The notes under the pieces: model-generated
What the model saw: the letters and a program-made list of their open reading frames with translations, nothing else
Databases searched by the model: none
What the model was told of the DNA's origin: nothing
Shown: in pieces, positions 56,782-64,000 of the stretch
How positions within the stretch are numbered: position 1 is the stretch's first letter
Layout of the letters: every line of letters starts with the position of its first letter
Translations under genes and position numbers: made by a program
Assembly: GCA_964598205.1 (NCBI GenBank)
Contig: CAZRBB010000005.1
Span: 5,721-69,720, forward strand
DNA from: an uncultured Candidatus Saccharibacteria bacterium
Lineage (GTDB): Bacteria; Patescibacteriota; Minisyncoccia; CAIUEV01; JAHKAQ01
DNA: 64,000 nt
Direction of reading: 5' to 3'

Positions 56782-58488
56782 TCATTTCTGTTTTTCTTTA
56801 TTCACTTTTTTCTCTTTTTTATTTTTAAATTTATCAACAATTATTTTCTTTACCATTATTAACCAAGGAAAAAATAAAGTCACCCCCAAAAGCGTCCAAA
56901 AAACTCTCCTATTAAACTGGTCACGGAGACAGACCACTCCTTCAATTTTTTTACAATCATAAATCTCTTTCATTGTCTTTTTTGATTCTCCCTTACTATT
57001 GTAAGAACTTACTTCTAATTCTAAATAATCAAGGTCTTTTGGAGCTTTAATCTTATTCCTCCATCCCTTTATCACTCCGTCTATTTTCCCCACATAAACA
57101 GCTCTTCCAATTTCTCCTCCTTCTTTGTCTTTTAATAAAAGTTCTATTCTTGAAACATTATTTTCATTGGCTAGTGATTGTTTTTTTTGAATATCCTGAA
57201 AAAATTCATATAAACTTAAATCAAAAAAACCCGTAAAAAGATCCACCGTTTCTCCTTTTCTTATTGGAAATTTATTAATACCAGTACCAATTAAACATGG
57301 CACATCTCCTTTATACTCAAGAAAGATCGGAAAATAAACAATATATTTCCTCCCTTCGCCTTCAATTAAAACCTGGAGAGAGGAGCCACCAAAAGTATTG
57401 TCCGCTCCATAAAATCCCTTCTCCTTAAAAGTTTTTTGAGCCCTCTCAATATAATCGTCCAAATTGAACTCATGAGAAACTTCTTCTGTTGACCTTGGTT
57501 TTACTGCAAAAGAACGCCTTTCGGCAATTTCGTTCAAATCCTTATCCAAGCCCGCAAATCTTCCGCCAAAAAAATTAATCAAATCATAACGAACATTAAA
57601 ATTCTTTGCTTCTTGTGAATTATTAAACATTTTAAAACGAACTGTTACCTGAGAATAGCTAATAATATTCTGGATATTTTTGATAAAAAATCTATTCTCT
57701 TTATTTATCATTTCAAAATCAAAACCCCCATCCTTGGAAACCAAGCCAAAACTTTTATCACCCTTTAATACGGAAAAAATAAAAGAACCTCTAGAAAGTT
57801 TTGGGAGCCACTGACGAGGATTAGCATAAAGCATGGAACCCTCAAGTCTCCGCGAAACACTACTATCAACAGCTCCTACATCTAAGGAATAATTTCCTGG
57901 GGGAATATTTTCTGGAATAGTGTATAAAAAAGAAATCTTCTTTTCCCTTCCCCCTGTCAAATCAAAAGAATTGGGAGTTATTAGAAATAAATCATTCAAC
58001 AATTCAGTAGGATAATAATTTGCACCTAGTGTCTTTAATGATCCATGAATTTTTATATTAACTAACGGATAGCTTTCTGGATTTTTTAATAAAATATTCA
58101 AAATAATCTTCTCCCCACCTTTTAGCTCTTTATTGTTTTTATCACCATTCTCTTTTACTGCAGAAACTAGCTCAAGAACAGATTGCTGATTGGATTTTTG
58201 ATACCCCGCTCTATTTACCAATTCTCCAAGATAAAAAGGTTCACCAATAGACCCTTCCCTTACATAATTCCCTCCCAAACCAAAAGAAGGATCTTTTAGC
58301 AAAAAAGCATCAGGGGCCAGTCGTTCATTTTTTATAATTTCGTTCTTGTGATTACGAAAATACAGAACGAGAAAAACGATTAGTATCCCAATTGAAAGAA
58401 CAGTAAGTACTTTCTGCCAAGCAAGTATTTTTTTTACTTTTTTGTCTTTATTCATAAGACCGCTTAATAAAAAGTATCTAAGGGACAT
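56782..58488 (-). CDS. Paralog 1 of a three-member family of bitopic (TM at both ends) surface/extracytoplasmic proteins
   Basis: 568 aa. The likely true start is at M12 (MNKDKK, ~58455), by alignment with the paralog N-termini. It has an N-terminal TM, a large hydrophilic body sharing blocks with 58498..60054 and 61315..63000, a conserved C-terminal YDCKKIEGVVCLRDQFNRRVFW, and a second TM. Confidence 0.6.
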   Translation of the reverse strand: MSLRYFLLSGLMNKDKKVKKILAWQKVLTVLSIGILIVFLVLYFRNHKNEIIKNERLAPDAFLLKDPSFGLGGNYVREGSIGEPFYLGELVNRAGYQKSNQQSVLELVSAVKENGDKNNKELKGGEKIILNILLKNPESYPLVNIKIHGSLKTLGANYYPTELLNDLFLITPNSFDLTGGREKKISFLYTIPENIPPGNYSLDVGAVDSSVSRRLEGSMLYANPRQWLPKLSRGSFIFSVLKGDKSFGLVSKDGGFDFEMINKENRFFIKNIQNIISYSQVTVRFKMFNNSQEAKNFNVRYDLINFFGGRFAGLDKDLNEIAERRSFAVKPRSTEEVSHEFNLDDYIERAQKTFKEKGFYGADNTFGGSSLQVLIEGEGRKYIVYFPIFLEYKGDVPCLIGTGINKFPIRKGETVDLFTGFFDLSLYEFFQDIQKKQSLANENNVSRIELLLKDKEGGEIGRAVYVGKIDGVIKGWRNKIKAPKDLDYLELEVSSYNSKGESKKTMKEIYDCKKIEGVVCLRDQFNRRVFWTLLGVTLFFPWLIMVKKIIVDKFKNKKEKKVNKEKQK

Positions 58489-58497
58489 TCTTGTTGA

Positions 58498-60054
58498 CTA
58501 GTCACGAAGACAAGCCACTCCTTCAATCTTTTTGCAATCGTAAATCTCTTCCGTTGTTTTATCTAATTTCCCTTGATTGTTATAAATGCTCGCCGTTAAC
58601 TCTAAATAATCAAGGTCTTTTGGAGCTTTAATCTTATTCCTCCATCCCTTTGTTGATCCGTCTATTTTCCCCACATAAACAGCTCTTCCAATTTCTCCTC
58701 CTTCTTTGTCTTTTAATAAAAGTTCTATTCTTGAAACATTATTTTCATTGGCTAATACTTGCTTCTCTTTGCTATTTTGAAAGGATTGAGACAATCTTAA
58801 ATCAAGAAAGCCTGTAAAAAGATCTACCGTTTCTCCTTTTCTTATTGGAAATTTACTAATATTGGGAACAGTCAAGCAAGCCGCATACCCCTTAAATTCA
58901 CGAAACAGGGGAAAGTAAACAATATATTTTCTTCCTTCGCCCTCAATTAAAATCTGGAGAGAAGAGAATCCAAAAATATTATCCGCCCAAGAAAAATCCT
59001 TATCATTAAAAGATTTTTGAGCCCTTTCAATATAATCGTCCAAATTGAACTCGTGAAAAACTTCTTCTGTTGACCCTGGTTTTACTGTAAAAGAACGCCT
59101 TTCGGCAATTTTGTCCAAGTCTTTATTAAAATCCATAAACAATCCACCGGCAAGATTAATTAAATCATAACGAACACTAAAATTCTTTGCTTCTTGTGAA
59201 TCATTAAACATTTTGAAACGAACCCCTACTTGAGGATAACTAACAATATTCCAAGAACTTTTTAATGAAAATTTGTTCTCTTTGTTTATTATTTCAAAAT
59301 CAAGATCCCCATCCTTAGAAACCAAGCCAAAACTTTTATCACCATCTAGCACGGAAAAAATCAAAGAACCTTTAGGCGGCTTCTTCCACCCCCAATTACG
59401 ATAAAAAGTGAAACCGGCCAAATAACGATGATTATTCCCCTCAGTGGCTCCCAATTCTAAGGAATAATTTCCTGGAGGAATATTTTCTGGAATAGTGTAT
59501 AAAAAAGAAATCTTTTTTTCCTTTCCCCCTGCTAAATCAAAAGAATTGGAAGTTATTAGAAAAAAATCATTCAAAAAACTGGTTGGAAGATTTTTATCGC
59601 CCACTATCCCTCTTAGAACCCCAGCAATTTTTATATTAACTAACGGATAGTTTTCTGGATTTCTAAATAAAATATTTAGAACAATCTTCTCCCCACCTTT
59701 TAGCTCTTTATTGTTTTTATCACCATTCTCTTTTACTGCAGAAACTAGCTCAAGAACAGATTGCTGATTGGATTTTTGATACCCCGCTCTATTTACCAAT
59801 TCTCCAAGATAAAAAGGTTCACCAATAGACCCTTCCCTTACATAATTCCCTCCCAAACCAAAAGAAGAATCTTTTAGCAAAGATGATTCAGGAGAAACAA
59901 AAGACTCTTTTTCAAAAATCAATCTTTTGCGACTGCGAAAAAAAAGAACGAGAGAAGCAACTAATACCAAAACCAAAAAAACAACAAATATCTTTCGCCA
60001 AAAAAAAACATTTTTTAATTTTACTTCTTTCTCTTTATTTTTTATTATATCCAC
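58498..60054 (-). CDS. Paralog 2 of the surface-protein family, lacking the C-terminal TM
   Basis: 518 aa with the same N-terminal TM and conserved blocks. It ends ...YDCKKIEGVACLRD* at a TAG that is in frame with the start of paralog 1. Confidence 0.6.
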   Translation of the reverse strand: MDIIKNKEKEVKLKNVFFWRKIFVVFLVLVLVASLVLFFRSRKRLIFEKESFVSPESSLLKDSSFGLGGNYVREGSIGEPFYLGELVNRAGYQKSNQQSVLELVSAVKENGDKNNKELKGGEKIVLNILFRNPENYPLVNIKIAGVLRGIVGDKNLPTSFLNDFFLITSNSFDLAGGKEKKISFLYTIPENIPPGNYSLELGATEGNNHRYLAGFTFYRNWGWKKPPKGSLIFSVLDGDKSFGLVSKDGDLDFEIINKENKFSLKSSWNIVSYPQVGVRFKMFNDSQEAKNFSVRYDLINLAGGLFMDFNKDLDKIAERRSFTVKPGSTEEVFHEFNLDDYIERAQKSFNDKDFSWADNIFGFSSLQILIEGEGRKYIVYFPLFREFKGYAACLTVPNISKFPIRKGETVDLFTGFLDLRLSQSFQNSKEKQVLANENNVSRIELLLKDKEGGEIGRAVYVGKIDGSTKGWRNKIKAPKDLDYLELTASIYNNQGKLDKTTEEIYDCKKIEGVACLRD

Positions 60055-60110
60055 AAAAATCTAATAATCTATTGCTAAAGAAGCTCTAAAAAAATTATTT
60101 ATGTTTTTCT

Positions 60111-61337
60111 TTATCCCTTTGGTCCACCGTTCTGGTAGGTACTCGCTAAAAATCCTTCGGCAAAGAAATTAGTCTCTCCGTCTATCTTCCAAAGATTAAA
60201 GGTTCGTATTTTCTTTTTTAGTTCCTTAATTTTTACTATCTTAATCCACTCTTTCTTTAGACTAAAAAGCTCGTCTCCTTCTTTTAATTCAAAAGGATTT
60301 TTAACATGAGTAGCAATCTTACATTTTTTAAAATTCTTTTTACTCAAAACACCCCAACCAATTTTATCTTTCTTTTTTGAATACAATGGGTGCTCTGCAG
60401 ACACTACTAATCTTTTACCGTTTTCCATTAGTAATTCAAACATGTCTTCCCGTTGAGCAGTGGTAATAGTTCTAATAACTTTTTTTTCTAATTTATTTTC
60501 ATTAACATTGTAAGAAACCACCTTTTGTCCAATTTTTAATTTATCAATAGGAAGAGACTTGTTTTCGTAAAGAGCAATTTTGGTATTACTAGCAAAGCAT
60601 TGGTCACTGCCGCTATCGGCTGTGGTGCAGTTGGTGGTGTAATCGATGGAGGTAGTGGAGGTAGTTTCGGTAGTGGAGGTAGTTTCGGTAGTGGAGGTAG
60701 TTTCGGTAGTGGAGGTAGTTTCGGTAGTGGAGGGGGCGGGAATGTAGAGGTAGTAGAGGTAGTAGTAGTAGTCGTAGGTGTCGGAGTAGGTGTTGGAGTA
60801 GGTGTTGGAGTAGGTGTTGGAGTAGGTGTTGGAGTAGGTGTTATGATAATTATTAACATACTGGCTGGTAGTGGCGGTAGTGGCGGTAGTGGCGGTAGTG
60901 GCGGTAGTTTCGGTGAAGGTAGTGGAGGTAGTGGAGGTAGTGGAGGTAGTGCTGGTAGTGGCGGTAGTACAGTCGCAATCACAGGTTGTTCCTGCTGGAG
61001 TAATTGTTGGATACGCTTCATCCCAAGAACTAGCACTCCCTGTCCAACTACCACTGTTCGTAGGAACAGCATAAACCCTGTCCCCTTTAAACAATTGACT
61101 AACGCTGCTTAATAAAACATCATCGTTCTGGTGAACCCGATGAACCATAAAAGTATAATCCGTCCTTGCAGAATAATTAAAACCAGCGGAAATATTACTT
61201 CCAGTGCAGGAAGAACTTGCAGATTGATTGGTAGGAGAAGCCGCTAAGACGCTCTCCCCCTTTTCTTGATTCTTAGAAGCCAAAAAAGAAGAAGCGCAGA
61301 GAAGAGAAATAAGTTTAGCAATGTCCCTTTTTTTCAT
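60111..61337 (-). CDS. Secreted Ser/Thr-rich tandem-repeat protein with a C-terminal Hint (Hedgehog/intein-like) domain
   Basis: 408 aa with a signal peptide, then repeats (TTS)n, (TTA)n, (YSNT)5, YYYYLYYLY and (TTETTS)4. The Hint-like domain runs CFASNTKIALYENKSLPIDKLKIGQKVVSYN...VVSAEHPLYS...KEGDELF...TFNLWKIDGETNFFAEGFLASTYQN. Confidence 0.65.
   Translation of the reverse strand: MKKRDIAKLISLLCASSFLASKNQEKGESVLAASPTNQSASSSCTGSNISAGFNYSARTDYTFMVHRVHQNDDVLLSSVSQLFKGDRVYAVPTNSGSWTGSASSWDEAYPTITPAGTTCDCDCTTATTSTTSTTSTTSTTFTETTATTATTATTATTSQYVNNYHNTYSNTYSNTYSNTYSNTYSDTYDYYYYLYYLYIPAPSTTETTSTTETTSTTETTSTTETTSTTSIDYTTNCTTADSGSDQCFASNTKIALYENKSLPIDKLKIGQKVVSYNVNENKLEKKVIRTITTAQREDMFELLMENGKRLVVSAEHPLYSKKKDKIGWGVLSKKNFKKCKIATHVKNPFELKEGDELFSLKKEWIKIVKIKELKKKIRTFNLWKIDGETNFFAEGFLASTYQNGGPKG
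60648..60960. repeat. Perfect in-frame coding tandem repeats (18-nt x4, 15-nt x5, 9-nt x7) inside the Hint-protein gene
   Basis: ggaggtagtttcggtagt repeats 4 times at ~60648-60735. gtaggtgttggagta repeats 5 times at ~60774-60843. ggtagtggc/ggtagtgga repeats 7 times at ~60866-60960. These produce ORFs in all frames (60536..61072, 60600..61112, 60871..61074). Confidence 0.9.
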
Positions 61338-63000
61338 TTTTCTTTTTTAATTTATCAACGATAATTAAGGCTAGCACTAAACCGGAGAAAAATAAAGTCA
61401 CTCCTAAAAGCGTCCAAAGAACTTTCCGGTTAAACTGGTCACGGAGACAAACGGCTCCTTCAATCTTTTCACAATCGTAGACATCTTTCATTGTCCTTTC
61501 CAATTCCCCTTGATTGTTATAAATACTCATCGTTAACTCTAAGTAATCAAGATCATTTTGAACTTTTATTTTATTTCTCCAACCTTTTGTTACGCCATCA
61601 ACCTTTCCTATATAAACGGTCCTTCCTATTTCATTTCCATCTTTATCTTTTAATAAGAGCTCTATTTTAGAAACATTGTTTTCGCTAGCTAATGATTGCT
61701 TTTTTTGAATATCTTGGAAAAATTCAAACAACATTAAATCAAAAAAACCCGTGAAAAGATCCACCGTCTCCCCTTTTTTTATAGGGAATTTACTAATACC
61801 AAAATTATGCGAATATGTCCCTGCCATTTCAAATTCAAGATACAAAGGAAAGTAAACAATATATTTTCTTCCTTCACCCTCAATTAAAACCTGAAGAGTA
61901 GAAGAACTAAAAGAATTATCCGCCCAATAAAATCCCTTTTCCCTAAAAGCTTTCTGAGCCCTTTTAATGTAGTCTTCCAGATTAAACTCATGAAGAACTT
62001 CTTCGGTTGATCTCGGTTTTACCGTAAAAGAAGCCCTTTCGGGAACTTTGTCTAAATCCTTATCCAGATCCGCAAATATTCCACCAAAAAGATTAATTAA
62101 ATCATAACGAACACTAAAATTCTTTGCTTCTTGTGAATCATTAAACATTTTAAAACGAACCCCTACTTGAGGATAGCTAATAATAATCCAAGGATTTTTT
62201 AATGAAAATTTATTCTCTTTGTTTATCACTTCAAAATCAAGATCCTCATCCTTAGAAACCAAGCCAAAACTTTTATCACCATCTACTACGGAAAACACCA
62301 AAGAGGTTCTGCCAACCTGTATCTCCCGATCGATATAAACAAAACCACTTCCATCTAAATATCGCAAAGCATTACTATCAACGGCTCCTACACCTATAGA
62401 GTATTCTCCCGGAGAAATGTTTTCTGGAATAGTATATGGAAAAGAAATCTTCTTTTCCATTCCTCCCGCCAAACTAAAAGAATTAGGAGTTATTAAAAAG
62501 AAATCATTCAGCAATTTAGTAAGTCTGCCTGCATGTCGCGTCTTTAATGCTCCATGAATTTTTATATTAACTAACGGATAGCTTTCTGGATTTTTTAATA
62601 AAATATTCAAAATAATCTTCTCCCCACCTTTTAGCTCTTTATCGTTTTTTATATCACCATTTTCATTTTCTACAGAAATTAGTCTGAGTATAGCTTGATT
62701 TTTGCGGTTTTTCCACCATCCTCTATTTATCAATTCTCCAAGATAAAAAGGTTCACCAATAGACCCCTCTCTTACATAATTCCCTCCCAAACCAAAAGAA
62801 GGATCTTTCGATAAAGATGTTTCATGAGAAACAGAAGTCTCTTTTCTAAAAATTCCGCTTTTACGATTGCGAAAGAAAAGAACAAGAGAAGCAACTAATA
62901 CCAAAACCAAAAAAACAACAAATATCTTTCGCCAAAAAAAAATATTTTTTAGCTTCCCTTTTTCATCTCCACTTTCGTTTTTGTTTTTGTTTTTGTCCAT
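61315..63000 (-). CDS. Paralog 3 of the bitopic surface-protein family
   Basis: 561 aa with an N-terminal TM (FFWRKIFVVFLVLVLVASLVLFF, identical to paralog 2). It has conserved blocks and a C-terminal YDCEKIEGAVCLRDQFNRKVLW followed by a TM. Confidence 0.6.
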   Translation of the reverse strand: MDKNKNKNESGDEKGKLKNIFFWRKIFVVFLVLVLVASLVLFFRNRKSGIFRKETSVSHETSLSKDPSFGLGGNYVREGSIGEPFYLGELINRGWWKNRKNQAILRLISVENENGDIKNDKELKGGEKIILNILLKNPESYPLVNIKIHGALKTRHAGRLTKLLNDFFLITPNSFSLAGGMEKKISFPYTIPENISPGEYSIGVGAVDSNALRYLDGSGFVYIDREIQVGRTSLVFSVVDGDKSFGLVSKDEDLDFEVINKENKFSLKNPWIIISYPQVGVRFKMFNDSQEAKNFSVRYDLINLFGGIFADLDKDLDKVPERASFTVKPRSTEEVLHEFNLEDYIKRAQKAFREKGFYWADNSFSSSTLQVLIEGEGRKYIVYFPLYLEFEMAGTYSHNFGISKFPIKKGETVDLFTGFFDLMLFEFFQDIQKKQSLASENNVSKIELLLKDKDGNEIGRTVYIGKVDGVTKGWRNKIKVQNDLDYLELTMSIYNNQGELERTMKDVYDCEKIEGAVCLRDQFNRKVLWTLLGVTLFFSGLVLALIIVDKLKKKNEKKGHC

Positions 63001-63150
63001 AAATAAAAATAAAATAAAGTAAGATAAAATAAAACCCTACCAAAATTACACTACAAATATACCATGCCCCACATTTTCTAGCAAATTAATCATCCTTCTC
63101 AGTCGTACTTTATTCATGTAGAATCACTAAGACAATAAAAAGCCCAAAAA

Positions 63151-64000
63151 ATGGAAAAATTTTTCTCAAATTTAATATCCCCTTTCCGCTCAACAATAAA
63201 AAAGAAGATTAGATTCAAGAAAGAAATCTTCACCAATACTCTAAAAATTAATTTAACTCAAAGCTGCAATCAAGAACATCTTTCTTGTTACTCTAAATGC
63301 CCAGAAGAAAACAACAACACTTTCATAAAAAAAGAGAAATTACTAAAAACAATGAAAGAATTCTCTTTTTGGGGGTTAAAGAGAATTTCCTTTTCAGGAG
63401 GAGAGCCCTTGCTTCATCCGGACTTCTTTTTTATTTATAACCAAGCCCAAATACTATTTGAAGAAGTTCGAGTTTCCACTAATGGAACCATTCCCCTACA
63501 AGGAGAGCTGGTAGCTAGACAAAGCGATGTCTTTATTTTTAATTTTAAATTTTCAAAAGATGAAAATTTTATTAGAAACTTACATTTACTAAACAATAAA
63601 ACAAACCCTAAAATATTATTCAACATTTTAATAGAAAAAGACACTAACATTCCTCTTTACAAGGAACAGATTCTCCTTTTAAAAAACATTAATTTAAAAA
63701 GAATACTCTTTTCTCTTTCCTTTGATTCCAAAAAAAACATTAACCAAGAAAAAGAAATTCTTAACGAAAAAACTTTTGAAATAGTTAATTTCATTTATAA
63801 CAATAGACAGAATTGCATTCTTCATCAAAGAGTTCCTTACTGCTTTCTCCTTCCAAAATTAAAAGAATTACTAAAAATAAAGACTCCCCAAGGCTATAGC
63901 CTAGAATGCTTAGGAATGCTGGATCACAATTTCAACATCTACCCCTGCCCTCAACACCACCAAGAAAAAAATCCCAAAAACATGTTTTCTAAAAACGACA
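63151..64000 (+). CDS. Divergent paralog of the 55811..56776 radical-SAM protein with a non-canonical Cys spacing (3' end beyond the window)
   Basis: ATG is at 63151 and no stop occurs before 64000, which is why it is missing from the ORF track. The translation runs MEKFFSNL...INLTQSCNQEHLSCYSKCPEEN...FSGGEPLLHPDFFFIYNQAQ...FIFNFKFSKDENF...CFLLPKLKELL...ECLGMLDHNFNIYPCPQ. It is clearly homologous to rSAM1 (GGEPLLHP, FIFNF(D/K)F, NMF(Y/S)KN), but the cluster motif is Cx6Cx3C. Confidence 0.65.
   Translation, partial: MEKFFSNLISPFRSTIKKKIRFKKEIFTNTLKINLTQSCNQEHLSCYSKCPEENNNTFIKKEKLLKTMKEFSFWGLKRISFSGGEPLLHPDFFFIYNQAQILFEEVRVSTNGTIPLQGELVARQSDVFIFNFKFSKDENFIRNLHLLNNKTNPKILFNILIEKDTNIPLYKEQILLLKNINLKRILFSLSFDSKKNINQEKEILNEKTFEIVNFIYNNRQNCILHQRVPYCFLLPKLKELLKIKTPQGYSLECLGMLDHNFNIYPCPQHHQEKNPKNMFSKND

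Noticed and set aside
60536-61112. ORFs 60536..61072 (-), 60600..61112 (+) and 60871..61074 (+) encoding P/L-rich, G/S-rich and V-rich low-complexity proteins
   Set aside because: They are alternative frames of the perfect tandem repeats inside the Hint-protein gene. The frame with a signal peptide and a Hint domain (60111..61337) is the coherent one.

Overview
This is a low-GC bacterial chromosomal segment (roughly 35-40% GC by eye) that uses the standard genetic code, since all conserved genes are full length with canonical stops. Gene content is mostly housekeeping and resembles a small-genome, Patescibacteria/CPR-like organism (inference). On the minus strand there is a complete F1Fo ATP synthase operon (atpZ-like, a, c, b, delta, alpha, gamma, partial beta), preceded by hpf-secA-secD-secF. 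The plus strand carries uvrA, a membrane-anchored Clp-type AAA+ protein, tsaD, glmS, a YvcK/CofD-like gene, valS, hsp20, VanW and GT39 genes. Back on the minus strand are serS, a WecG/TagA glycosyltransferase, lgt, and a minimal dcw cluster (mraZ-rsmH-ftsL-ftsI-murF). There are two tRNAs (Val-CAC, Glu-CUC), an ECF sigma module, and a GC-richer HAD/Cof gene that looks acquired. Intergenic DNA is unusually structured, with a family of large nested palindromic elements and a dispersed AT-rich ATTTCGAAATTCAAAATT motif. The most unusual region is 54.8-64 kb. It holds an S66 (MccF/LdcA-like) peptidase homolog whose nucleophile position is Ala, followed by a radical-SAM protein with a Cys-rich C-terminus. 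Converging on these are three tandem paralogous ~520-570 aa bitopic membrane/surface proteins that share long identical DNA blocks, with a secreted S/T-repeat protein ending in a Hint (intein-like) autoprocessing domain nested among them. The locus is closed by a second, divergent radical-SAM paralog that runs off the window. I propose this as a candidate undescribed surface-protein variation/maturation system. Other notable items are a SecD carrying an embedded parvulin PPIase domain, a Clp ATPase with a zinc-finger/TM N-terminus and a dead D1 domain, a Memo-CapA fusion, a udk-CYTH fusion, and a frameshifted LysM gene abutting tRNA-Val.
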